DNA of 64,000 nucleotides from Neoconidiobolus thromboides FSU 785 (Eukaryota; Fungi; Entomophthoromycota): NCBI GenBank assembly GCA_025603075.1, contig MU626258.1, positions 197,457 to 261,456 of the forward strand, read 5' to 3'. Shown piece by piece: positions 63,851 to 64,000 of this stretch (position 1 is its first letter; each line of letters starts with the position of its first letter). The notes under the pieces were generated by a model. It saw only the letters and a program-made list of their open reading frames with translations, ran no database searches and was not told where the DNA came from. The position numbers and the translations under genes were made by a program.

Positions 63851-64000
63851 CTTTTGTAAAGAAAAAATAAAATCAATAATATTTATCCTTTAATCCTTTA
63901 TATTAGACTATCTTGAACTGAAAAATTCTGAATACTCTTTTAACCATTTTTATGTTGGAACTTTTATACTTAATTATATATACTTCCTATAAAATATAAG

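Overview
Very AT-rich eukaryotic DNA with short GT-AG introns (about 45-110 nt). The gene content (ALG9, CENP-L/Fta1, Msn2/4-type zinc finger, RCF2, PAQR, TIM10, HRQ1, SNU66, FCF2) is fungal. An early-diverging lineage such as Zoopagomycota/Entomophthoromycotina is plausible, but that is inference only. Housekeeping genes are tightly packed, often 70-200 bp apart, and alternate with accessory regions. (1) A 13.5-kb same-strand array of 7 paralogous, intronless, 4-Cys secreted proteins of no family I can name: 3 intact, 4 pseudogenes. (2) A gene-poor region of about 16 kb containing one C2H2 transcription factor and possible transposase relics. (3) Two tandem FCP1-like HAD genes with a DxN motif. 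(4) A terminal cluster of secreted low-complexity proteins: two convergent Lys/Glu/His/Tyr/Pro repeat paralogs and one NNFQA-repeat protein. A ~99-bp MITE (GGGG...CCCC termini, 4-bp AT-rich TSD) occurs in about 22 copies; one has disrupted an array member. No rRNA, tRNA or CRISPR array was recognised. All calls are by eye, with no database searches; exon boundaries are approximate unless stated.
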